DNA of 64,000 nt from the NCBI GenBank assembly GCA_003138975.1, contig PLHQ01000088.1, positions 1,272 to 65,271 on the forward strand, in the 5' to 3' direction. The position numbers and the translations under genes are program-made. This document shows positions 9,874-18,269 of the stretch, one piece after another; position 1 is the first letter of the stretch; each line of letters starts with the position of its first letter. The stretch is from Acidobacteriaceae bacterium. Lineage in GTDB: Bacteria > Acidobacteriota > Terriglobia > Terriglobales > Acidobacteriaceae. A model generated the notes under the pieces. That model saw only the letters and a list, made by a program, of their open reading frames with translations. It was not told the DNA's origin and searched no databases.

Positions 9874-10299
9874 ATGGAACAGCGCGTAAGCATAATCACG
9901 CTTGGCGTGGCGGATCTAAAACGCAGCAGGGAATTCTACGAGCGCCTCGGATGGCGCCGGTCAATGGCCAAGGCGGAAGGTGTCATATTCTTCCAGGCAG
10001 GAGGGATGGCCCTTGCTCTGTTCCCCCGACACGAGCTTGCAAAGGATGCGAATGTTGCCCCGGACGGCCACGGCTTCAACGGAATCTCGCTTGCCTACAA
10101 CACTCGAAGTCGTGCAGAAGTTGACTCGGTACTCAAAGATGCTGCAGCCGCAGGCGGAAGGCTTGTCAAGCCCGCCCAGGAAGCCTTCTGGGGCGGCTAT
10201 TCAGGGTACTTCTCCGACCCGGACGCGTTTCTATGGGAGGTCGCCTGGAATCCCTCCTTTCCGATAGCGGAGGATGGAAGTATTCGAATTCCGGACTAG
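9874..10299 (+). CDS. VOC / glyoxalase-family protein
   Basis: ATG at 9874 follows AAGGGGGAG. MEQRVSIITLGVADLKRSREFYERLGW...FWGGYSGYFSDPDAFLWEVAWNP is typical of the family. Confidence 0.85.
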   Translation: MEQRVSIITLGVADLKRSREFYERLGWRRSMAKAEGVIFFQAGGMALALFPRHELAKDANVAPDGHGFNGISLAYNTRSRAEVDSVLKDAAAAGGRLVKPAQEAFWGGYSGYFSDPDAFLWEVAWNPSFPIAEDGSIRIPD

Positions 10300-10409
10300 C
10301 CGTGAATTCCCCCGGTTAACGGCCGGTCTAATCAAGCTGATCGCTACCGACGACCACGCCAAGAGGTAGGATTGATCCAGTGATTCGGTGACTCAATGAG
10401 TCAATTTTT

Positions 10410-13010
10410 CTACGCCACCGCGCCCGCGGCCAGCGCCGCACCCAGCGCCACAACTTTGCCCGGCCCCTGCACCAGCGAAGTCGCCAGTGCATGCTCCGCG
10501 CGGTTGATCACTTCCGTCACAATGTCCACGGGATCGTAGCTCTCCCGCACCACAGCCTCGGCCAAGCCCGCCGAAAACTCCAATGACTGCCCTTTTCCGG
10601 ACTCATTCTTGCTGGGCAATCGCACTTCCGCGATCACCTTGCGCAGTTTTTCGATCGCCATCAGCGCTTCTTTCTCAGCCGTGTCGCCGAGAATGATCGC
10701 GATGGTCGTCGTGTCGTAGCGGAACGCCAAATCATTCGTCCGAATATTGGCCGCAAACTGTTGCCCAATTCTTTCCATCACATTCTCAATCGCTGCCTCA
10801 CCATATTCCTTGAGCAGCGCGGCGCTCCTGCCGAACTGCAACAGCAGCACGGAAAGCGGAGATGCGTTTTGCGCCGCACGCTTGCTCTCCGCCAGCAGCA
10901 AATCCAGATAAGAACTCCGCTTCAAAAGTCCGGATTTCTCGTCCGTCACCGAAAGGTTTTTCACCAGCCGCCGCAGACCGGCATTATTCAGCGCAATCAC
11001 CATCTGGTCGGCCAATGTCTTTAGCACTACCGCATCTGTCTGGGGCCACGCCCGCGGCTTGTTGTGCAACAGCGCCAACATTCCCACCGAATCCGCACCG
11101 TTGCTCAGTGGTAACGCCATTACCGCCGAAGCTCCCAGTTCCACCACCGCATTCCGCACCGCTGCCAACTCTGTCGCTTTCTGCGCGTCGGCAATGATCA
11201 CGGGTTCGCCCGAAGAAGACGACAGAGTCAAATCTTGCAGCGCGCACATCACCGCCTTGATGGCTCCGGCGCTTCCCACCTTCACGCCTTTGCCACAGAA
11301 CTCCTGCACCGCTGTTGGCGCCGAACCCGGCGTACGCATCGCGGCCACGCAACGTGATACTTCCCAGTGCCCACCAATTTCATTCACCGCCGTCGTCAAC
11401 ACCGCGGCCGCCGTCGCCTGGTGATACAGCTTGCGCGTAATCTCCGCCACGCGGGTTACGTTGCGCATCTCCGCCGCCGGATCTGCCGCCGGCGGCACAA
11501 CTCCAGCGACTGGCGCCGCAGGCGGAGCCGCCGCTACCGCCGGCAGCGGCGCAGAACCCGCATAGGTTGGCGTAACACCCGCCGCCAGATAAAGCCGCTG
11601 CAAATCTTCGTTGCGTTCTTCTTCGCGCGGAAACAGTTCCTGAATTCTCTGCAGCCGCTCCACGGCCTTATTACGCATTCCGTACTGCACCAGAATTTCC
11701 GCCTGCAGCATCAAATCCTGCAAAGTGGAGGCCCCGAGCGTGGCTTCTTGCTCCAGCGCTGGCTCTGTTGCCGTCTTACTTACCGAAGTAAATCGGGAAG
11801 AAATCGCATCGAACTTCTTCTCGTCAATCTTTCCCTTCAACATCTCCAGCCGTTTCGTGTGGCCGGCCTCATACGGATCCACTTCAGCCGCCCGGTCCAG
11901 ACATTCGGCCGCCTTGACGAAATCTCCCGTGCTGCAATACACATCGAAAAGCTTCAGCAGAGTCTGACAGTAATCGCCTTCGCGGTTTGACGCGTTGAAC
12001 AACTCGCTCAAGAACTCCAGCATTCCTGGGGACGCCCGCCGCGTGGCTGCGATCTCCTGCATTACCGCCACAAATTGCCGCCGTTCGCCACGCTTTGCCT
12101 GGAACTGTCCCAGCTTGCGCGCCAGCGATACTGCCGCATCATCCTGCTCCGCATCCACCAGCTGTCCTATCAATGCCGTCACTTGCGACATGCGGTTGGG
12201 AGTCTGTTCAAACAGTTGCCAGACCAGCGGCTCCGCGTCAGCGAAGCGTCCTGCCGCCAGCAGAGCCTCGGCATAAATGTCCCGCAAAATGGGTGAAGTC
12301 TTGCCTGCGTTCACCTGCGGCTCCAGAATAAAGATCGCAGCCCCTATCTGTCCCTGCCCCAGCAGGCTCTTGCCGTAAGCCAGTGCAATCTCCTCATCGG
12401 ACGAATCTTCCTGATAAGCGCGCTCATACCACTGCGCCGGATCCTCGCCGCTTGAAGCCGTGAGTTGCGCTATTTGCTTGAACGCTTCGGCTGCCGCCTT
12501 GCTCTCTCCCAGCTCTGACAACAGCTCCGCAATCCGCAGAAAATTTGCCTGAACCGGGTCCAGCGCCACCACGCGTCCCAGTATCTGCAACGCGTCCTTC
12601 TTCTTGTCTGGCAGCTTCGCCAAATCGCCCAACGCCGATTCGTACGTGCCCACTGCCAGCTTCTTGTTTGACCCTTCCAGGAGTTGTCCGAAGTGAAATT
12701 TCTGCTCCCACGTGGGAGTGCCATGCCGCGCCAGCTTTTTATAGGTCAGGCTGGCGCGAGTAGCGTCTCCAGCATTCACCTGGCGCTCGAATAATTCGCC
12801 GAGCAGCCGCACCGCATCGCGCCCCCGGTTCTGCGACAGACACAAGTCTGCCGAAAGTTCGCGCACCTTATCGTTTTCCGGGTCATCCCGCAGGACCAGC
12901 AGATATTCTTCGAGTGCCTCGGCAGCTTTGCCCTTCTGCAGAAGTTTTTCGGCACGCTCCACTCGCCGCGCTATCTCGGCTCGGTCGGGGCGTGTTGTGA
13001 TCTCAGGCAT
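10410..13010 (-). CDS. TPR - GAF - degenerate GGDEF domain protein
   Basis: 866 aa with N-terminal TPR-like helices and a central GAF-like region. The C-terminal GGDEF fold has RTNDLAFRYDTTTIAIIL where RxxD-x5-GG(D/E)EF is expected. Confidence 0.85.
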   Translation of the reverse strand: MPEITTRPDRAEIARRVERAEKLLQKGKAAEALEEYLLVLRDDPENDKVRELSADLCLSQNRGRDAVRLLGELFERQVNAGDATRASLTYKKLARHGTPTWEQKFHFGQLLEGSNKKLAVGTYESALGDLAKLPDKKKDALQILGRVVALDPVQANFLRIAELLSELGESKAAAEAFKQIAQLTASSGEDPAQWYERAYQEDSSDEEIALAYGKSLLGQGQIGAAIFILEPQVNAGKTSPILRDIYAEALLAAGRFADAEPLVWQLFEQTPNRMSQVTALIGQLVDAEQDDAAVSLARKLGQFQAKRGERRQFVAVMQEIAATRRASPGMLEFLSELFNASNREGDYCQTLLKLFDVYCSTGDFVKAAECLDRAAEVDPYEAGHTKRLEMLKGKIDEKKFDAISSRFTSVSKTATEPALEQEATLGASTLQDLMLQAEILVQYGMRNKAVERLQRIQELFPREEERNEDLQRLYLAAGVTPTYAGSAPLPAVAAAPPAAPVAGVVPPAADPAAEMRNVTRVAEITRKLYHQATAAAVLTTAVNEIGGHWEVSRCVAAMRTPGSAPTAVQEFCGKGVKVGSAGAIKAVMCALQDLTLSSSSGEPVIIADAQKATELAAVRNAVVELGASAVMALPLSNGADSVGMLALLHNKPRAWPQTDAVVLKTLADQMVIALNNAGLRRLVKNLSVTDEKSGLLKRSSYLDLLLAESKRAAQNASPLSVLLLQFGRSAALLKEYGEAAIENVMERIGQQFAANIRTNDLAFRYDTTTIAIILGDTAEKEALMAIEKLRKVIAEVRLPSKNESGKGQSLEFSAGLAEAVVRESYDPVDIVTEVINRAEHALATSLVQGPGKVVALGAALAAGAVA

Positions 13011-13154
13011 GGGTTGGGTTGGGCAGACTACGCTGCTTCGATTCTAGGAGCCACCCCCGGTGCCAGCAATCCGCAAGGGTCCGCTATCGATTACGAAAGT
13101 CACCCGGCAGCGCGCACACTTGGGGGAAGTGATCGCGATTTGTTATCGTGCCCC

Positions 13155-14525
13155 ATGCCTTTCGTCGAATCTCAGCAGGAGGCGACCCAGGAACAAGTTC
13201 ACGAAGAAGGTCTCCACCATCAACTTACCGTCGGTCAAATGACCATGGTTGCGGTCGGTGGCTCCATCGGAACCGGACTTCTCCTCGGCTCGGCTGCGGC
13301 TCTGGAAATCGCCGGGCCCAGCGTGATTCTCAGTTACGTCGTCGCCACCTTTATCGCTTACACCGTTGCCATGGCTCTGGGAGAGCTGGCCAGCGTGCAC
13401 CCTGCCGCCGGATCATTCGGCGTCTACGGCGAGCTCTATCTGAATCAATATCTGGGATTCCTCTGCCGCGCCGCATATTGGGCCTCCATCGCTTTCTCCA
13501 TCGGCGCGGAACTCGTCGCCTCCGCCACCTACATGACGTACTGGCTCCCAGCCCTTCCCGGAGAAATTTGGGTTGTCGTTTTTTCCGCCCTGCTACTGCT
13601 GGTCAACCTTCGCAGCGTAGGTTCCTTTGGACGCTTCGAGTTTTGGTTCTCCATGATCAAGTTCGCCACCATCGTTGCCTTCATCCTGGCCGGCGCAGCG
13701 CTGCTCCTCAGCGGCCGCGTAGCACAGCAATACACTGCTCACGGTGGATTTCTGCCCAAAGGTCCAATCGCGCCTTTGCTGGCGGTTTTCTGGGCCATCT
13801 ACGCCTTCGGTGGCGTCGAGATGCTCGCCGTCACCACCGGCGAATCCCGTTCGGCTAAAGACATTCCCCGCGCCGCTCGCCTCACTTTTTTTCTGCTCGC
13901 CGGCCTCTACCTCGGCGCCATCATTATTCTGGTCGGAGTGATGCCCTGGAATCACGCGGGCGTTTCCGAAAGTCCGTTCGTCAGCGTGCTCCGGCTTGCC
14001 AAGGTTCCAGCCGCGGCCTTCTTCATGAATTTCGTCGTCCTCACCGCCGCACTTTCCGGAGCCAATGCCAAACTTTACGTCGCCTCCCGCCTGCTGTTTT
14101 CCATGGGCCGCACTGGATGGGCTCCCGTAAGTGTCGGCAAACTCAACGCCTCAGGATCCCCGCGTCTCGCCTTACTCGTTTCTTCGTACGGAATCGTGAC
14201 CGCACTCATCATCGAAAACTGGGCCCCGAAACAAGCGTTCCTCTACATCATGGGAGCCGCATTCTCCGGCCTGATTCTCTCCTGGGTCGTTTCTCTGGCA
14301 GCTCATGTCAGCTTCCGCTGGCGCCTCACTCCCGAACAAGTCGCTGCCCTACCCATACGGTCTCCCTTCGGCCTGTGGGGTTCGATACTCGGCTTCGTCC
14401 TGGTCTCCGCCGCCGTCCTCCAGACTCTTCTCTGCTCTCGAATAAACGAAGTCGGCGGCCTCGTTTTCTTCGTAGTACTAACCGTCGCCTACATTTTCCT
14501 GAAAAGTAATCGCCGGACAATGTAG
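13155..14525 (+). CDS. Amino acid permease (APC superfamily)
   Basis: ATG at 13155 gives MPFVESQQE...LTVGQMTMVAVGGSIGTGLLLGS, followed by about 12 hydrophobic segments. Confidence 0.9.
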   Translation: MPFVESQQEATQEQVHEEGLHHQLTVGQMTMVAVGGSIGTGLLLGSAAALEIAGPSVILSYVVATFIAYTVAMALGELASVHPAAGSFGVYGELYLNQYLGFLCRAAYWASIAFSIGAELVASATYMTYWLPALPGEIWVVVFSALLLLVNLRSVGSFGRFEFWFSMIKFATIVAFILAGAALLLSGRVAQQYTAHGGFLPKGPIAPLLAVFWAIYAFGGVEMLAVTTGESRSAKDIPRAARLTFFLLAGLYLGAIIILVGVMPWNHAGVSESPFVSVLRLAKVPAAAFFMNFVVLTAALSGANAKLYVASRLLFSMGRTGWAPVSVGKLNASGSPRLALLVSSYGIVTALIIENWAPKQAFLYIMGAAFSGLILSWVVSLAAHVSFRWRLTPEQVAALPIRSPFGLWGSILGFVLVSAAVLQTLLCSRINEVGGLVFFVVLTVAYIFLKSNRRTM

Positions 14526-14635
14526 CGCCATTACCAACGTAAGCCCGCTCCTTCCTTTTCTGCTGCCAGCTCCGCGACCTCTCGGATAGCCTCGATAACG
14601 GGTGTGTCCTTCATCCCACCCAGCGGACCGAACCA

Positions 14636-15856
14636 TTGATTCTCTCTATCCTGTTACTTCATTCGTCCGATCCCATCCGCCCGACGGTCTGGTGCGCCAT
14701 CGGACTTTGCGCCGGCCTTTATCTTTTTTTCAATGGATTCCGCCTGCTGCAGCGCCGGCACCTCATCCTCGATACGCCGCTTTCTAAAATTCGCAGCGCA
14801 TCGATGGGAATGGTGGAGCTCAGCGGCCTCGCCGTGGGACCTTTTACAGTGATCGCGCCCATCACCGAACGCTCCTGCTACTACTTCCGCACCGTAGTCT
14901 GGGAATGGAAACGCCAGGGCCGAAGCAGCGAGTGGGTCAAGGTGGCCGCCGAGTGCATGCATGTCCCATTCTTTCTCGACGACAACACGGGCAAAGTCAT
15001 GGTTGACCCCCGCGGCGCCGAACTCGAGCTGCATCGCGACTTCCAACAGGAGTTCTGTGATTCATTTTTCACTACCAAACAAGAAGCACCACCCAATGTG
15101 CGGACTCTTCTCTTCCGCCACGGCGTCAACACCACCAACAAAATTAAAGTCGAAGAGTTCTGCATCAAGCCGAAGAACGCCCTCTTCCTGCTGGGAACGC
15201 TCGGCGAGAATCCCGGCCTCGAGCTCACTCCGCAGCCCATCCAGGACGACGAGCACAACACCCTTACTTTCGGCAAGTCGCTCTGGTTCAACCCAGCACA
15301 ATCAGGCTTAGGGCAAACGCTACTTTCGTTCGCAGCGGGATCCGGCGACGCGCCGTTCGAGCAGCGATCTGTCAGCGAGCTCCTGATCGGCGGTGGTTCC
15401 TTTCACAAACCAGACGTTCTCGAGTCAAACCTCAAACAGTCAGCTTTGCACGACTCAACGCTCTCCGCTTCCGCACAAAAAATCCAACCTCCGCCAGATC
15501 CCCCTCCAACGAAAACGATCGACGCGGCGCAGCAGCAGAAAATCGCTGACGCCCTGATGAAAGCGGGCATTTCAAATCCAGCCGCGTGGGCCGCCGCCGG
15601 AATTACAGGGCCAAGTCCCGCAGTCGAAGTGACCGGCGCGTCAAGCGGAGGAACTGCTCCAACCGACGGATTCGACACGCATCCGCCCGTCGTTCTAATG
15701 AAGGGAAAGAACAGTCCAATCTTCCTAATCTCCTGGCGGAGCCAGCGCGAGATAGGCCGCTCGCTCGGCTGGAAATGCGCGCTCATGATCTGGGGCGGTC
15801 CCGTACTCGCCCTGATCTGCCTCTACGGCCTGCTTACCCTCACGCATCTCATCTAG
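14636..15856 (+). CDS. Membrane protein resembling the GIDE (E3-ligase-associated) domain family
   Basis: An N-terminal TM is followed by LDTPLSKIRSASMGMVELSGLAVGP...APITERSCYYFRTVVWEWKRQG...FFLDDNTGKVMVDPRGAEL. A low-complexity Pro/Ala/Gly linker and a C-terminal TM follow. The TTG start is uncertain. Confidence 0.6.
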   Translation: MILSILLLHSSDPIRPTVWCAIGLCAGLYLFFNGFRLLQRRHLILDTPLSKIRSASMGMVELSGLAVGPFTVIAPITERSCYYFRTVVWEWKRQGRSSEWVKVAAECMHVPFFLDDNTGKVMVDPRGAELELHRDFQQEFCDSFFTTKQEAPPNVRTLLFRHGVNTTNKIKVEEFCIKPKNALFLLGTLGENPGLELTPQPIQDDEHNTLTFGKSLWFNPAQSGLGQTLLSFAAGSGDAPFEQRSVSELLIGGGSFHKPDVLESNLKQSALHDSTLSASAQKIQPPPDPPPTKTIDAAQQQKIADALMKAGISNPAAWAAAGITGPSPAVEVTGASSGGTAPTDGFDTHPPVVLMKGKNSPIFLISWRSQREIGRSLGWKCALMIWGGPVLALICLYGLLTLTHLI

Positions 15857-15899
15857 ACCGTGTGGAAGAAACATACTCTTCGTCTAGTACAATGCTGGC

Positions 15900-16676
15900 G
15901 TGAGTAATGCCGTTCGCATCGGAATCCTCGGCGACTTCAACCCCGAATTCCGTTCCCACCACGCCACGCCGGACTCCCTGCAGCATGCTGCCCGTAAACT
16001 GGATTTCAAAGTCGACTCGGAATGGATCCCCACACCATCACTGGCCAGCCCGGGCTCGGAAAAGATTCTCGAGAGTTTCGACGGCTTGTGGGCTACGCCC
16101 GGCAGTCCCTACAAAAGTTTTGCCGGCATGCTCAAGGGCATCGAGTTCGCCCGCCGCCGCGACTGGCCTTTCCTTGGCACCTGCGGAGGCTTTCAGTACG
16201 CCCTGATCGAATTCGCCCGCAACGTCCTCGGCATCGCCGACGCCGACAGCGCAGAAAATAATTCCGGATCGAAGAACATCGTCATCTATCCCGTTGCCTG
16301 CGCCGTGCCCAATCGAAAAGGGGGCGCTCCGAAACTATCCGGCGTGATGCCCGAGATCCGTCTCCGCCCCGGCTCCTACCTGCAATCCTTTTACGGAAAA
16401 GACAAAGAAATTGTCAGCGAAGAGTTTTTCTGCAACTTCGAAGTCAACCCCGAGTACGAATGGGCCACCATGGAGGCCGGCTTCCCCGTTGTCGCCCGCG
16501 GCGCGCAGGGCGAAATCCGCGCCATCGAGTCCCCCACACACCGCTTCTTCATCGCCACACTGTTCCAGCCGCAGCTATCGTCCACCGAAAAAAATCCGCA
16601 TCCCGTGATCCTGGCCTTCGTGCAAGCCGCCGCCGATTGGGGACGCAAGAAACTCGACGACAGCGTACTGGAGTAA
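15900..16676 (+). CDS. Stand-alone class-I glutamine amidotransferase domain of CTP-synthase type, with His/Glu positions substituted
   Basis: GTG start. FLGTCGGFQ is the nucleophile elbow. The C-terminus PTHRFFIATLFQPQLSSTEKNPHPVILAFVQAA aligns with E. coli PyrG [33 protein letters not shown]. Confidence 0.8.
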   Translation: MSNAVRIGILGDFNPEFRSHHATPDSLQHAARKLDFKVDSEWIPTPSLASPGSEKILESFDGLWATPGSPYKSFAGMLKGIEFARRRDWPFLGTCGGFQYALIEFARNVLGIADADSAENNSGSKNIVIYPVACAVPNRKGGAPKLSGVMPEIRLRPGSYLQSFYGKDKEIVSEEFFCNFEVNPEYEWATMEAGFPVVARGAQGEIRAIESPTHRFFIATLFQPQLSSTEKNPHPVILAFVQAAADWGRKKLDDSVLE

Positions 16677-16762
16677 ACCTCCCACGAAAATTACAAAAGA
16701 TTAATCTTCCGCCGCATCCTACGACTAAAGTTTTCCCGCGCGTCGCCGATTTATGTCTTCAT

Positions 16763-16927
16763 ATGGTGAACCCAATTAGCAGCAGCCACGTCAGCCAAGC
16801 CAATGAAGCAACGAAACCGGCAGCGCCCAAGCCTCAGCAAACCCAGCCGAAGAGCAGTCCGCTACCCTCGGACACTGTCACGCTAAAGAGCACGGCCGGC
16901 GTCGATCATGACGGCGACAGTCATTAG
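16763..16927 (+). CDS. Possible small protein (54 aa), low-complexity
   Basis: MVNPISSSHVSQANEATKPAAPKPQQTQPKSSPLPSDTVTLKSTAGVDHDGDSH. There is no clear Shine-Dalgarno sequence. A strong hairpin follows at 16973-17004. Confidence 0.3.
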   Translation: MVNPISSSHVSQANEATKPAAPKPQQTQPKSSPLPSDTVTLKSTAGVDHDGDSH

Positions 16928-16972
16928 ACCGACACCAACCTCGGCCTCCCGAACGCGTTGCACCACGCCAAG

Positions 16973-17004
16973 ATGGAGAGACGGGCACATCGCCCGTCCT
17001 CCAT
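16973..17004 (+). terminator. Stable hairpin (13 bp with one bulge) downstream of the small ORF
   Basis: ATGGAGaGACGGGCacatcGCCCGTCCTCCAT is followed by tctggtttg, a weak U-tract. Confidence 0.4.
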
Positions 17005-17059
17005 TCTGGTTTGCCGGACCTCTGCTCACCTAGCCGGTCTGACTCACCCCTCTAGCGAC

Positions 17060-17509
17060 TCAGCTCGGCAGTAGTTCGAACACAGGATAGTTCGCAGTCA
17101 ACTCGACGAAGGTCTCGACAGGCGCACCGGCGGCCACAGAAAAATAGCGTTGCACTTCGCGCCGGAAGGCATCGAGGTAAGCCTTCAAAATCTCTGGCTT
17201 CTCTCGTTCGGCAACCAGCCGCAGATGAAATCTCTCTCGCGTTCTTCCCCTCTTCAGCGTCACCTCACCGGCAGCCTCGGCGTTGCGAACCCACTGCGTG
17301 CGCCCTCGCGGCGCCACCAGGAACCGCTTGCCCTGCCGCTCCAGCAGGTTGATCGGGGTTGAATAGAGCTTTCCGCTCTTGCGTCCGCGAACTTCCAGCA
17401 GATAGGTGTAAGAAAAACCCAGCCCGATCCCCACCAGAAATCCGAAAATGCGGTTAAAGACCTTCTCCGCACGACTCGGCTCACGAAATACCGACCAGTT
17501 TGAATTCAT
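17060..17509 (-). CDS. Deazaflavin-dependent nitroreductase-like (DUF385 family) protein
   Basis: YLLEVRGRKSGKLYSTPINLLERQGKRFLVAPRGRTQWVRNAEAAGEVTLKRG is typical of the DUF385/Ddn fold. Confidence 0.78.
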   Translation of the reverse strand: MNSNWSVFREPSRAEKVFNRIFGFLVGIGLGFSYTYLLEVRGRKSGKLYSTPINLLERQGKRFLVAPRGRTQWVRNAEAAGEVTLKRGRTRERFHLRLVAEREKPEILKAYLDAFRREVQRYFSVAAGAPVETFVELTANYPVFELLPS

Positions 17510-17530
17510 GCACCCCAGTGTACGCTGCCC

Positions 17531-18127
17531 CTACACGGCTTTCGCGAATCGCAGGGACGCGGAATTCATGCAATAGCGCAGCCCTGTCGGCTTCGGACCA
17601 TCGTCGAACACGTGGCCCAGATGCGCGTCACACTCGGTGCACGAAACCGCCGTGCGCTGCATGCCAATGCTGTTGTCGGAAATCTCGCGTACATTTTCTC
17701 TCGCGATCGGTTCCCAGAAACTCGGCCAGCCGGTTCCGGAATCGAACTTCGTTGACGAACTGAACAGTGCGTTGTCGCAGCAGATACAGCGGAAAATCCC
17801 CTTGTCGTGCAGATCCCAATACTTCCCGCTATATGCGAGCTCGGTATCAGCGTGCCGCGCAATCTCAAATACTCCCGACGGCAGCTGCTTTCTCCACTCA
17901 TCTTCCGACTTCACAACTCGCGCGATCTTCACCCTTGCCAGCCGCTTCCCCGCATCGGAGAACTGGACAATCGTCACTTCCGCCGGCTCCGTCTTCCCAG
18001 CTTCCGCAATCACATGCGGCCTCCGTAACGAAAATAAGGCCGCGCCTCCCAGCGCCGCGCCCACGCCGGACAAAAACAATCGCCGCCCTAGATTGACTTC
18101 GCCTTCACCACGATCGGATTCGAACAT
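17531..18127 (-). CDS. msrB: Peptide-methionine (R)-S-oxide reductase MsrB with a Tat-type signal
   Basis: N-terminal GRRLFLSGVGAALGGAALF, then CICCDNALFSSSTKFDSGTGWPSF...CTECDAHLGHVFDDGP...RYCMNS. Confidence 0.92.
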   Translation of the reverse strand: MFESDRGEGEVNLGRRLFLSGVGAALGGAALFSLRRPHVIAEAGKTEPAEVTIVQFSDAGKRLARVKIARVVKSEDEWRKQLPSGVFEIARHADTELAYSGKYWDLHDKGIFRCICCDNALFSSSTKFDSGTGWPSFWEPIARENVREISDNSIGMQRTAVSCTECDAHLGHVFDDGPKPTGLRYCMNSASLRFAKAV

Positions 18128-18142
18128 AGCTCCTCCGCAAAA

Positions 18143-18250
18143 TTGTCATCCTGAGCGAGACGCTTTTTGTCTCGCGAAGGGTCTGGGCGCGCCGCGCGAA
18201 TCGCCCACGTTCTTTGCGGGAGAACAACTCGCGCGTTCGGCGCGCTTCCT
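18143..18250 (+). repeat. Dispersed intergenic repeat, family A, copy c
   Basis: ttgtcatcctgagcgagacgctttttgtctcgcgaagggtctgggcgcgccgcgcgaatcg...cgcgttcggcgcgcttcc, lying between msrB and msrA. Confidence 0.7.
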
Positions 18251-18269
18251 TACTTGCCGTTATGCTTCC

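Noticed and set aside
13011-13154. A possible riboswitch (ykkC/guanidine-like or glycine-like) upstream of the amino-acid permease, based on ctaggagcc…ggtccgc…acgaaagtcacccgg.
   Set aside because: It has only loose resemblance to CUAGGG…GGUCCGAGAG…AAAAGCCCGGGAG. The conserved ACACGG and GGGA blocks and the glycine-riboswitch CACCGAAGGGGCAA core are absent. It cannot be supported without a covariance-model scan.
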